This document shows positions 35,054 to 47,305 of a stretch of DNA of 64,000 nt, piece after piece. The DNA is taken from contig NW_025767593.1 in assembly GCF_003918875.1 (NCBI RefSeq), positions 248,001-312,000 on the forward strand, in the 5' to 3' direction. Position 1 is the first letter of the stretch. Every line of letters starts with the position of its first letter. A program made the translations under genes and the position numbers. This stretch comes from Haliotis rubra (taxonomy: Eukaryota). Below the pieces are notes generated by a model, which saw only the letters and a list, made by a program, of their open reading frames with translations, was not told the origin of the DNA and searched no databases.

Positions 35054-37986
35054 GAATTAATAAAAGTGCATGTAACGAAGTAATATATATACCTGATGAC
35101 ATGGGTTAATCTATATCTCCTCCAACGATAAGGTCAACATCTGTCTCTCTCGCATAAGGCCACATTCCATTTGCAAGGCTACGTTCTTATCATTTCATTT
35201 TCGTTGATATGAATACATGGAACTCCTTAAACATGTTTCATTTTTGTGTTTCATATAACTATATAATGTCGACAAAAACGAAAGCTTAGTCTTGACTCTC
35301 CTCAGAATCCGTAAGTCATGGACGCAAGGAAGGTGTGTGTTTGTGTGTGTCGGTCCATTTTTGTTGGTTTTGCTTTGTTTCTAGTGTCCTATGTCTATCT
35401 GGTTAGTAAAGCAGGTGATTATATTGGATGTGAATTTTTGTTGTAATTACATAATTTAATGTAGTTTAAAGTTATTCAATTTAAAGAAATTATACTAATA
35501 AATGTTATAATGAAGGTGGACATATCAGACTATAATGAATTGTTGGTGACACTGTTTCAAGTGGTGTTCTCAGGGAAATGATCGGAGAACCATGAAATAG
35601 GTTAGGACAGAAAACTCGGCCAACAGAAGCATCACACTGCAAAGTAAGTTTATTGACCAACAAGAATGGTATGGGAACTGTCACAATAGGCAATTGTCAG
35701 CCATGTACTGATCGGGCATTGGCATAGGGAATCGGAACTCACGGACATTGTCCAACGGGAGGTCAAGTAGGTAATTGAAGTTCACAGCGGCGTGTCAACC
35801 TGGATAGGTTCTTTTAAGGAAAGGTTACTGCCCCCATGGTACGTCATCATGCAGGCAGGACTGACGATGGGACCCGGGTTCCTGATGAAGAGCGGACCCC
35901 ATCTTCGTCTGGTGCGCGTCTGCTAGCGTCTTGTTGCCATTGTGTACCTTTTCGAACCAGATTCTTTTCATAGGCACCAGGATTTCGAAGACACAGCCAC
36001 TCATCAAGTTGTCGGCTATATCGGAATACAAACGGTCGTCAATATACTGCAATGTGATCTATCCAGTGTTTGCCTGAAACCTGAAACCAAGCTACGCTCA
36101 TTTCATACATACAGCGAGGAATCAGACAGCCTTCACAAACAAAATGGATGAACATAGGGCATAATGTATTCATTTTCTTGTTTTATATGGTACAATGGTT
36201 CATCGATTCATTTATCCAGTATTCTCCTCAAAATCATATATCGCCCCAGCACCCCCAGGAGTACACACAGGACCTTTACTACACGTAGTGCAACGTTTAG
36301 TCATCTACAAGAGAAATATGATCTCAGTACCGTATTCTCTTAATTTTATGAAGCATTGTAAATGAGCATGTGAAATTTCACGGACTCCGAGAACGTAACA
36401 ATCTGACATGAAAACTTGAAATATATATACCATTCGAAAAATACCACTAGCCAATGCCAATGCATATGAGAAAAGTAATATATATATATATCCATACAGA
36501 TGACACATTTCCAAAGGAATGGAATATATTGTCACATATTCCCTTAATGTCTCTTCATCATCTGTTTCCTCCTTGGCTTCATCATTTGCATTTTACCAAT
36601 CTTGTAAATCCAATATACCCTACTTTTTTGGGATGGATATATATCAACCACCAAGAAGACCATTTTAAACTAACAATTCACCACATACCCAAGTCTTGTG
36701 TTTAAAGAAATCAAAGTCAAAGATTAGATTAGACCAAAATATGTTGTTGAATGAGACAGATTGCTGCTTTATCACATCTTTGTAAAAAAATCCCACACCT
36801 GTGTTAAATCCACAAAGTGACAAGTCGATGTGTTGTCAGTTCGAAAACTGTAACGTGTACAATGGCGTAAAAAAACCCTCTTCTTTTATCGACACGGCTT
36901 TTATAACCATGTGCTGTCGGGGGTGATATATCCTTGAACTATGCTATGTGGCAGTGATAATCATTGTGTGACAATGAACTAGGTGTAAAACATTGTACAT
37001 GTGATATTCAGTGAAAGGCAGTTGTGTGCTATATTTGGGTTAGGGTACTAAAGTTAGACAGAATGATCTGGAAAGTCCTGCAAGGAGCATATTCCATAAG
37101 CATCTGCTTAGGAGAATATTGGACAATTTGTTAAGCATATTTCTCTGAGGTAGATAAAGATAGTTAACGATGTGGAGGCATGGCTACTGTTGCTACCAGG
37201 TAAATATCATCAACATGACTTGATTGAACCACATTTCATACAGCAAGACTTTTGTAGTTTCGTTAGTAAAGACATCTTGGATGATATATTGTCTTTAATT
37301 ATTAATTAAACAATAGATTTGTTATCATTGGGTTTTTTCATGAAAAGAAAATGGTTTGTTTTCCCTTTTCACACACGGAATTATTTGTTAAATTAAATTC
37401 TGGATACATTGTGATTCTATTTCAAGTAATTAGAACTTAAGTCCTATAGCATCAACTCAGATTCAGCATTCAGGTTCCGGTGGCCCTGTGACAGAGCTTG
37501 AATTCATGTTGCTAGCCGACCTAAATACCATATCGCAGTTTAACATGGACACCACTCGTAGACAATGTATTTCAGGTCCATTCAATGGATCTATGTTTAG
37601 TAAGTAAATAATCATAAAAGCAAGCAGAAACATAGAGATGATAGGTGCATCTGCTGTAGACGTTCTCCGAAATATGTGTCTTACGTACCGTTGCCAAGAG
37701 CTGCTTAGACAATGTAAAAATGGTGAACAAGATTGAACAGTATTGAAGATATATCATACTAACAATTTAATTTTCCACCCAGCTGAAGTATATGAAAAGT
37801 CTAAATTAATTCAACTTTACACATTCATTGTCAAAAGATTTATTCGGTCTACTTTCTCTGGTCCAAAACAGGCATAAAATCAGATGTCAACAGATTATTA
37901 AGTCAATTAGACATAAGATTATCAAGTGATATTTCGATTACATCTCTCAATGGATCAGAGGGTCACATGACTGCATTCGAGAAGTT

Positions 37987-39435
37987 CTAACACCAGCCGG
38001 GGCTCCAGGCACCGTTGAAGTTGACAGGGTTAGATCGAGGGTCAGAGGGTGGGTCCATCGCAGGCACCCGTGTCGCATTCTTCACGGCAAGCATCTGCAG
38101 AAGGAAGTTGACGAGGTCGGGGTTGTCCTTGGAGATGTCATGGTGCTCCGTAGGGTCGGCGCTGATGTTGTACAACATAACGCTTCCGAGGTGAGAATCG
38201 TCCATGACGGGGACGTCTATGTCTGACCTAGGAGGGGGGTACCATTCTGAGTACCCAGGGTTACCAACGATCAACTTCAGGTCTTCCCATCTGAGAGCTG
38301 CGGCGTAGTAGGCGTCGTAGATGTTGTAGACAAATTCATTTCTTACGCTGCTGCCTCCGTTCAGGATCATGTCGACTTGACTCATTCCGTCGATTTCCAG
38401 TTGACCGGAGTCTCCCCCAGCTATGTCCAGTAACGTAGGGTACCAGTCCACAGCATGGAACATCCCAGGGTGAGTGTAGCCTCTCTTCTTCAGCAGAGTC
38501 TTACTGTAGACGAAACCAGCTCCCCTGGTGCCTCCCTCCCATAATGTGGCTTTCCCACCCCTCAGAGGCCAGTTATTAGCACCAGCAAAGGGAGGACCAC
38601 CATTGTCTGTTGTAAACACAAGAAGCAGATTGTCCATAAAACCAAGGTTCTCCAAGACGGTGGTGATGTTGTACACAGCATCGTCCAAAGAACTCACCAT
38701 ACCACTATAAACCATCCTATTCAAATCATGAATGTGGCTGTAGCGATCGGAATATTTAGCAGGCACCTGCAGGGGTCCATGTACAGCTTGAAACGGCAGG
38801 TATAGATACATGGGCTTGGATTTGTCGTGGTTCATAATGATATCGATGGCTCTTTTCACAAACACGTACGTGGAGTATTCCCCTTGTACGTCTTTGTAGA
38901 CATCTGTCATGTTCCTGAAGTCATAGCCATAGTAATCAGCCACCTTGTCCCTGACATGAGTGAAATGGTCCTCCGTACCTCCATAGTAGCCCATGAAGGT
39001 GTCGAAGCCTCTGTAGGTGGGTGTGTAGTTCCAGTTACAGAAGCCGAGGTGCCACTTGCCAACCATGTGGGTATCATAGCCCAGGGTCTTCAGCCTCTGT
39101 GGGATGGTGATTATGTCCGCCGGCATGTATTTGGGCTGCTCTATGAAGACCACACTATCCTGGAGCCCCGTGTGGTAGGGGAACTTGCCCGACATGAAGC
39201 AGTTTCTTGAGGGGGAACACAGCGGCTGGACGTAGGAGGAGTTGAGGATGACGCCGTCACGGGCTAGGCGGTCAAGTGTCGGCGTCTGGATGTCCGGGTT
39301 GATCCAGCCAACGTCATTCCAGCCAAGGTCATCTGCCACCATGAAGACGATGTGTGGTTTGTCAGCAGCAGCAACAGTGCTGGTGAAACACGAGACTACT
39401 ACAGCAGCGAGAACAGCGTAAAGCGTCATGGCCAT
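37987..39435 (-). CDS. Arylsulfatase B-like sulfatase, copy 4 (482 aa, intronless)
   Basis: Intact ORF. Start placed at MAMTL by alignment. Candidate AATAAA (minus strand) at 37839-37844. Confidence 0.95.
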   Translation of the reverse strand: MAMTLYAVLAAVVVSCFTSTVAAADKPHIVFMVADDLGWNDVGWINPDIQTPTLDRLARDGVILNSSYVQPLCSPSRNCFMSGKFPYHTGLQDSVVFIEQPKYMPADIITIPQRLKTLGYDTHMVGKWHLGFCNWNYTPTYRGFDTFMGYYGGTEDHFTHVRDKVADYYGYDFRNMTDVYKDVQGEYSTYVFVKRAIDIIMNHDKSKPMYLYLPFQAVHGPLQVPAKYSDRYSHIHDLNRMVYSGMVSSLDDAVYNITTVLENLGFMDNLLLVFTTDNGGPPFAGANNWPLRGGKATLWEGGTRGAGFVYSKTLLKKRGYTHPGMFHAVDWYPTLLDIAGGDSGQLEIDGMSQVDMILNGGSSVRNEFVYNIYDAYYAAALRWEDLKLIVGNPGYSEWYPPPRSDIDVPVMDDSHLGSVMLYNISADPTEHHDISKDNPDLVNFLLQMLAVKNATRVPAMDPPSDPRSNPVNFNGAWSPGWC

Positions 39436-39761
39436 GAAGCAATCCCTGTACATGTAACGAGATAGTGGGCATACCTTATGACATTGCATGATCCTTCTGC
39501 GTTGCGGTCAATATATGTCTCACTCTTATCAGATCATGTTACATGTGCAAGGCTTTCTTCTTATCATCATTATGTACTCGAATGAAAGCGCATATATCAA
39601 ATGATTTAAACAATGTGTATATATTCTAAATGATCCATCTATTTTTCCCTTTGCACTAAACAGAGTTGTTTTTGGGAATGGTCAAGACTGTTTTTTATTC
39701 TTCTGCTCGGCCATCTGAGTGAATGTGTCTGATGGTGGATTGAAGTCCTTGACATACATCC

Positions 39762-40455
39762 CTTGATTGTCTGGTTTGTTTACAGGCCACCGCTGCATAT
39801 GGCAGGAGTGCTGCTGTGCAGCGTCAGGTCCAATATTCTTCCAGCTTCAGGCATTTTGTGTGAAGGGCGGGTACTACTGGCAGGGCAGGACATGAGTCTT
39901 CATGTGTTTTCAGTGACCAATTCATGTAATTCTCACAGCTACAGTTCCCCTTTACACCAAATGGAATTTGTTTCTTAACATATTCAAGACTGGATATTCT
40001 CTTGCACCGAAGTTCTATATTTTTTTCCACTGGCTCGATATTTCTGCTAATGGATTGAAGTCCCCGAGATTCATTATAAGGTCAGCAAAACTAACACCCC
40101 AATGTGTTGTTTTTATACGTATAAGCTTAGGAATCTCTATGCTTCGACACAGCAGTCATAATTCAAAGTTTTCTAAACTGAACTTCTGCCCCGTCGATCA
40201 CTTGATTGTCTGGTCAGTTTACAGGCCGTTGCTGCATATGGTAGGAGTACTGCTGTACAGAGTCAGGTCAAATATTCTTCCAGTTTTCAGCAAGTTTGGT
40301 AAGTGGCGCGAGTTACCGGGAGGGCATGACATGCTTCCCCTTTTTGCAAACTTCTGGTGCCATTACTGGTTTTAAGTGATCCATTCATATAATTTTCACA
40401 GACATTGTTTCCCCTGTACACCAAACGGAACATATCTGAACATATTCGGGATTGT
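39762..40455 (+). repeat. Diverged ~240-bp direct duplication (39762-39995 vs 40201-40455)
   Basis: Both copies begin CTTGATTGTCTGGT...TTTACAGGCC...GCTGCATATGG-AGGAGT-CTGCTGT and align through TACACCAAA-GGAA. Confidence 0.75.
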
Positions 40456-40952
40456 GCACAAATGTGTGCATTGAAGGGAGGCTAAAAATCAAGAAGAAGA
40501 CAACAGGAAGACAAGGTTTTTAGAATGGCATTGAGAAGTGGTTACACATAAAGGTGAGCATTTGAGGATGTCAACTTCTATATTTGAGGAACACGGCGTT
40601 TCGGAGTATATTCTTATTCCTACATCAGGTGAATGACAGACTAGGAAACAGACAGCTATGTATGTGCATGTGAAACAACAACAGTGTTAAGATAACAAGG
40701 GAAGCCAGTAGTTAATTAGTTGTAAATTGGTACGGTGAATGGACAATTGGAAGCCAGGGAGTATTAATCCAGGCAACAATGGCGGCACTTGAAATGGCAA
40801 TATACAAACGGAAGCCTGAAATTAACCCAAGCCTAATTAGTGATAAGCACAAGAACAAGAACACATGATTCAATTTATCAAGCCCCAAGCGCTAGGCAGA
40901 TATATCCCTGGTCACGGTTCATTGCCGGCTGGACAGATAACGTTGTGCATGA

Positions 40953-41665
40953 AAGAGAAGCTGACACACAAAGAGAAGCTGACACACAAAGGGAAGCTGA
41001 CACACAAGGAGAAGTTCACACACAAAGAGAAGCTGGCACACAAAGAGAGTTGACACACAAAGAGAAGTTGACACACAAACAAGCTGGCACACAAAGAGAA
41101 GTTGACACACAAAGAGAAGCTGGCACACATAGAGAGTTGACACACAAAGAGAAGCTGGCACACAAAGAAGCTGGCACACAAAGAGAAGTTGACACACAAA
41201 GAGAAGCTGACACACAAAGAAGCTGGCACACAAAGAAGCTGGCACACAAAGACAAGTTGACACACAAGGAGAAGTTGACACACAAGGAGAAGTTGACACA
41301 CAGAGAAGCTGACACACAAGGAGAAGCTGACACACAAGGATAAGCTAACACACAAGGAGAAGTTCACACACAAAGAGAAGCTGGCACACAAAGAGAGTTG
41401 ACACACAAAGAGAAGTTGACACACAAACAAGCTGGCACACAAAGAGAAGTTGACACACAAAGAGAAGCTGGCACACATAGAGAGTTGACACACAAAGAGA
41501 AGTTGACACACAAGGAGAAGTTGACACACAAGAAGAAGTTGACACACAAGGAGTAGCTGACACACAAAGAGAAGTTGACACACAAGGAGAAGCTGACACA
41601 CAAAGAGAAGTTGACATACAAAGAGAAGCTGACACACAAAGTGAAGTTGACACACAAAGAGAAGA
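40953..41665 (+). repeat. ~18-bp minisatellite (GACACACAAAGAGAAGYT)n
   Basis: Direct tandem repeat with 15-18 bp variants. Confidence 0.95.
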
Positions 41666-42154
41666 GTATGCATGAAAGTTGGATACCGAATGCATGAAGT
41701 TGGGATATAAGTAATAAAATAAGTTTGTTTGTTATTTAACACTGCACTCAGTAATGTTCCACTTATTAGGTCTGCAAATAATCGAGTTTGTACCAGACAA
41801 TCCAATGGTCAACATCATGAGCATCGACCTACACAGTCTGAATACATATGTGTGAAGTTGGCATAATGTTCATTTATAAAATCCTAAGACACAGCTTCTA
41901 TAACATTTGAAGCAATATCTGGAGCAATAGCAATGTGCAGAGGAATCAACTGGATTGCACTCTAAAACTCCACGCTTAGCAGGAAGTTTCTGATTACCCA
42001 GACTGAAAGGGAGCTTGCCATGTGACCAGTCTCAAATCACATACTTAACACAATCATTTACAATATCATTAGATGAATTATGGATGTTTTTAGACATAAG
42101 TTCACGATGAAGACCTCGAGGTCTAGAACACCTCACAGTAATGATGTCCATCCT

Positions 42155-43020
42155 TTACTGAATCGATTCTATAACAAACTCAAAATATGCGGACCATCTC
42201 CAAAAGTAACCGTCATCTGCAAACTGCTTTGTATCTTCATTTAATGGTAAATCTGTAAAGAAAAGGTAATTTATCATAATACTGCTATAACTTTGTGGCG
42301 TACTATTTTCAGTCACATGCAACCCGGAAAAGTCTTGACCAGTGCGAACTTGAATAGTCCCTTTCGGAATGAAACGAGTGAATCCATCGGAACATGTTGC
42401 CATTTATCCCTACGCTAGATGCTGTAATTTGAAAACAAGTCCTTTTCTCCAGATCATGCCGTAAGCTTTCTCAATATCGAGGATGACGCACAACATATAC
42501 GTGTTGTGCTTCAGTCTGGAGTCGTTATTGATGATCAGTACATAAACGCCCCTTTCTAAAGCATGGCTGTGTTCTTGACAGAAGCCTTCTCTTCTCAAGA
42601 AAATATTTCAGTAAGTTTGTGACTACTCTTCCATACTATTAGACAGATTGGAAGTCTGTGGAATTGGTCTGTATGAAGCAGGCGTAGATGGGTCCTTCCC
42701 TGGTTTTGGTATTGAACAATGATGGCATGTTTTCAGGCTTTGGGAATGGCACCAGACGTACAGCAGATATTTAAAAGATCTCTGGTAATTAAAAGAGAAG
42801 AATCTGGCATATGTTCAAACATCTCGTAACATAGGGTCATATTGCTACAGATTTTTAATATTGCTCCTTTAAGTTCATCGACAGAGAACTGTGTGTTCAA
42901 GTCAAGGCTACTCTCCAACATGGCAGCAGAAATGTCGGGGGAAAATGTAGTTTCATTAGAGTCTTTGGGTTTTCTGGAATCCTTCTGCAAGTTATCAGAG
43001 CTACACACAGTCTCAAACTG
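42155..43020 (-). mobile_element. LINE reverse-transcriptase remnant (I-group-like)
   Basis: PKPGKDPSTPASYRPI, LDIEKAYGMIWRKGL and QFADDG. Degenerate. Confidence 0.8.
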
Positions 43021-43052
43021 ATCAGCTAGCGCATTGTCCTTCCGAATATTGG

Positions 43053-43315
43053 GACCAGTGAAGATCCGGGATAGAATAGGTCTTCAGCAACCCATGCTTG
43101 CCACAAAAGGCGACTATGCTTGTCGTAAGAGGCGACTAACGGGATCGGGTTGTCAGGCTCGCTGACGTGGTTGACATATGTCATCGGTTCCCAATTACAC
43201 AGATCGATGCTCATGCTGTTGATCACTGGATTGTCTGGTCCAGACTCGATTATTTACTGCCCGCCGCCATATAGCTGGAATATTGCTGAGTGCGGCGAAA
43301 ACTAAACTCACTCAC
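43053..43315 (+). mobile_element. Full-length structured-head SINE-like element with 12-bp TSD
   Basis: TSD TCCGAATATTGG at 43041-43052 and 43316-43327. Has an (ACTC)n tail and no tRNA A/B boxes. Confidence 0.9.
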
Positions 43316-43799
43316 TCCGAATATTGGTCACAATGTTACCGTCTCCACCTAAAACATGTATAGAACAACAGAGAAGAGAACTACTGATACTTTCAATCTT
43401 AGACCAAATATACATTGGATAACGACCACACTCCCCTCTGACAGCAAGGTTCGACGTTGAGGATTTAACCGCAAGAAATAGAAGAATAGGACTAATTTTA
43501 GTATAAAAAATCATAAAAAAACAGATCATATGGCGATAGATTAAGTATATGTAAAGTACACTTTACAAAATATATTCGCTTGTAAGGTTACACTATTTAC
43601 ATGAGAACTCCATGACAACGATCTTGGAAAGAATAACAACCAAATATATATATAAGTCGATTCCAATTCAAAAATCATTTCTCATGGGTTTTCAAAAAAA
43701 AAAAGCTTTAGTGGGGTTTATATCAAATTGTGTCTCAAGATAAAGAAATCTTATATTACCTGGTTCACCCTTAATTCTATGCCCTGACACAATGCAATG

Positions 43800-44300
43800 G
43801 GCGGTGAGGTCATTGTCGTCACATCGTTGTAGCTGTTAAATATGTCACATACATATTTCTTACACACAGTAGCTGTTTCTCTGGCTTTTTCAGGCAAATT
43901 ATAGAAAATAATGTTGTTCCTTCTACTGTACTGTTCTCGATCGTATATCCTCCATCGTACTAAGTTTATCTGTTACCATAGCAATATGCTCGTTGCAAGA
44001 AGATGCCTCCAGATGTTCCAGTCTATCAACAATGTCATCTACATCACAGCGTAAAACATTCTATAGCTGTTTCAGATTTAATACTATCTAGGGTATTGTT
44101 CATTCTGGACATGTCTGATTGTAATCCTCTAATTTCTGCAGTTACCTCTTTTCTCATAGATTTGATCTCTGACAGTAATTCATCGATGCATCGACATCGG
44201 TTGGTCCTGGGTTAAGGTCAATATATCCAGACAATATGATGAGAAGGGTGTGAGAAAACGTAAAGAGGTCAGAGGTTACCTTTTCAATCTCGGCCATACG
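43800..44300 (-). mobile_element. Non-LTR retrotransposon ORF1 remnant with degenerate 2A-like motif
   Basis: LLIILSGYIDLNPGPT followed by a coiled-coil-like region and DREQYSRRNNIIF. Confidence 0.65.
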
Positions 44301-44804
44301 AGTCATTCCCAGATGTGCGATCCTCCCTGAATATCCTAGATCGGAACTGCACACACAACCCTGGTATAGTTGAGTGAAGGTACAGCTAAATAACATGAAA
44401 GTCACACAGAAAAACCGGTAGCTTGTTTCCATACCCGGTGACCACTGGCTGGTCGGCGTGTACCTGTCAGAGCTGTCACTCGCATGGCGTGGGCGAAGCT
44501 TGGGGCGATGTTTCATCCAATTCGAAGACAAAAGAATCGTATAGAGCATGTTTTCACCTTTATTGGACATTCATATTCACAATTTCGTTTGTTAAATTAT
44601 ATTTAACACGTTGTGTATTTTTAAGTACATAGGAAATTGTAACAACGGGAGCGGACTTATATACACTACCCTACACTTCGTGTATGTAAATTACATAGCA
44701 TTTTCAAGCTATGTGATAATTTTGCTAAATGCTACTTGGGAAAGGAAAGAAGCATGACCACAGCACTACTAACATGCCCATGCGCCTTGACCTTATGATA
44801 TTAC

Positions 44805-45145
44805 GCATGCGCAACGACAGCGTCTAAAACGCGAAATGGCGAGAACGCGAGAAAATGAAATGTCGCATTCTCGCGTTCTCGCGATTTCGTGTTTTGTTGC
44901 CTTATTTGACAAGTCGAGATTGCGAGAATTGACATCATGTACAAATGTCGCATTCTCGCGTTATCGACTTTTGACAAAAGTGCTATGTATCAAAACCACG
45001 AGAATGCGAGATCGCGAGAACGCGAGATTTTGGCCAAATCTCGCGTTCTCGCGATCTCGCATTCTCGCACATTTGGCATTTTTAGCTTGTTTCCAAAGGT
45101 CGAGATCGCGAGAATGCGAGATCGCGAGAATGTGCCTTACAGTAT
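44805..45145. repeat. CpG-rich segment built from TCGCGA/CGAGA(A/T)CGCGAG palindromic subrepeats (probable MITE interior)
   Basis: More than ten CTCGC/GCGAG motifs in alternating orientation. Confidence 0.55.
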
Positions 45146-45285
45146 TCCATATTCATTGGTCGATCGAGATACCCATTTCTGTTGGTTATCAACTTGTGAT
45201 GTTAGATCTCACACAATTATAGGTTATAAGGCTTTGTAGATAACAAATACATATCCCTATGTCAACCACAACCGTTCTCTTCTTA

Positions 45286-46715
45286 CAGCTGGTTAAATCG
45301 CCAAGATCAAGGGATCACATGACTCGCTGTAGGGATGAGGTCCCGTTTATTCAGATAATTCCAGAGTCATACGTCAAGAACCATTTGTGGAATAGAGCCT
45401 TTCTGATTAGACCATGTTGTGCTGTTACATGAGTTCATATGTGACCTGTTTGATGTTGTTTATCTACCAGTGGACCTTGTTGCCCTGTTGCCTTAGTGCT
45501 GTGCTGTGCTAAAGTGTTATTACAGGGGTGCTCAGATTGGTGCATGGGAATTATGGGAATTTGAAATTAGCCAAATAAAAGCTAGGAATTAGAGTCAGGT
45601 GATAAACAATAATCCAGAATGAGACCATACTCTAGATCCAGCATATTTTGTGAATCCTAAACACAATTAGAACGTTTCAGGTGAATGAAATTTATCTGAA
45701 ATACTTGACAAATACAACCAAATATCAATATGATTGACAGATGCTTAAAACCACAAACTTTAGAATACTACCACCAACCTTCAATATGTTTAATGACCTT
45801 TTAATGACTTATATAATATTCGTATTCTTATTTTACTTGTAAAACAATAAAACACCATAACACCATTTTATATTCAATAATTGTAAAATAGTTCAAACTA
45901 ACCAAACTGAGTTTTGAAAAAACATGAAAAATGTCTCTGCTACACACTAACCCCAATCAAGAAATGACGTCCCCGTCATCACTCAGTTATGTTTGACAAC
46001 CGACAAGAGAACACATTTCGAAGGTAATGTGTTCCATTGGTTGCAAGATGTTCCCAAAATCTTGCTTCTCCAGCCAATCTGGTGGTCGACCTGCTTGTGA
46101 CATTACAAAGTCGCTGCTGATTTGCCATGCAGGTTTCCGTCTAGCTCTCTCTGATCGTCTGATCTGAGCATGTGGAATGTCTTGAGCAGGAGCTTGAATC
46201 CTTGTATCATTCACTTGTGCATTCTCGTGACTAATATTAGTCTCTGTTTCAACATTGTCAGAAACACTGTCCATACCAATGGCAACATCTGTCACGTGCG
46301 CTGCGTCAGGGTCAACAGCAAGCTCTGTGACGTCAGAACCATTAATGACAGTGATGTCAGCAGCGTCTGTGACAGGAGAGATATCAGCAAGATCTGTGTC
46401 ATCCTGATCTTCATTCATCAATGTGGGCTCTGATTCTGATGGAGAATCACCACTATGCTTATCGTCCATTGTAACTCCCACAGGTAACACGACTGGTGCC
46501 TAACTTAACAGATGGAAACAAAGACTACAGAATTATTTGTTATAAACTAATTGTGATACCTATGCAAAACATTATTTAATGTGTAAATGTTTCTAAGAAT
46601 GTTATGTGTGTTTCAGGACTTGATGTATGACTAAGGAATTATCTGAATAAACCGCACCTCATCCCTACAGCGAGTCATGTGATCCCTTGACATTACTTGG
46701 CGATTTAACCAGCTA
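45286..46715. mobile_element. Non-autonomous TIR element (TA-flanked) containing a Gypsy-like pol tail fragment
   Basis: ~55-bp TIRs CAGCTGGTTAAATCGCCAAG...TCAAGGGATCACATGACTCGCTGTAGGGATGAGG at both ends. Internal minus-strand ORF 45987-46490 contains IRRSERARRKPAW. Confidence 0.8.
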
Positions 46716-47305
46716 TAACACTCTCAAGGGAGGTAACTCACCCTCAAAGAAAAAGGTCATAAATGTCTGAGTGAGTGAGTTAATATTTAACGTCACATCG
46801 GCAATATTTCAGCCATATCGTGACGAGAACATTTGATATTGAAATGAAATATATGTATATTATAAAAACCTGCCGACGAAGGACAGTAAAACAACTAGAA
46901 TATCACAGATATGTATGTAAAACTAGTAATTAAATCTAAAACGTTATAACTATAAGGGAAAACAATACAGTATAAAAATGGACTATAAATCGCCAATAAC
47001 TGAAGGTAGATCACCAGACCAGGGACCATGGGGACTTACATTACTTTTGCTACCTGCATGGACCCTAGTTGGATTTACACCATCCCTTCAACCATTGGCG
47101 ACAGAAGAGAAATCTAGCCATAAATTAAAAGCACACATATTCTACGATTAAAAACCTGGTACACTTAAATTGACTAAATGTTTTGGGACTTACGTACCCT
47201 CTCGGGAGGACAATAATTTTACAATACTTCAACCCCCTTTGATGGTACAGCCACTAACAATCTCAGTTACTAATTTAAATTACCAATAATAAAATATTTA
47301 TCTAT

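Noticed and set aside
35640-36150. GC-richer, coding-like stretch with a CTGATGA motif at ~35882
   Set aside because: No frame gave a recognisable protein, and there is no GAAA after a stem, so it is not a hammerhead. Left unassigned.
40840-41805. Long Cys/Val-rich and HKEKLT-repeat ORFs
   Set aside because: They are products of the 18-bp minisatellite and are open in several frames on both strands.
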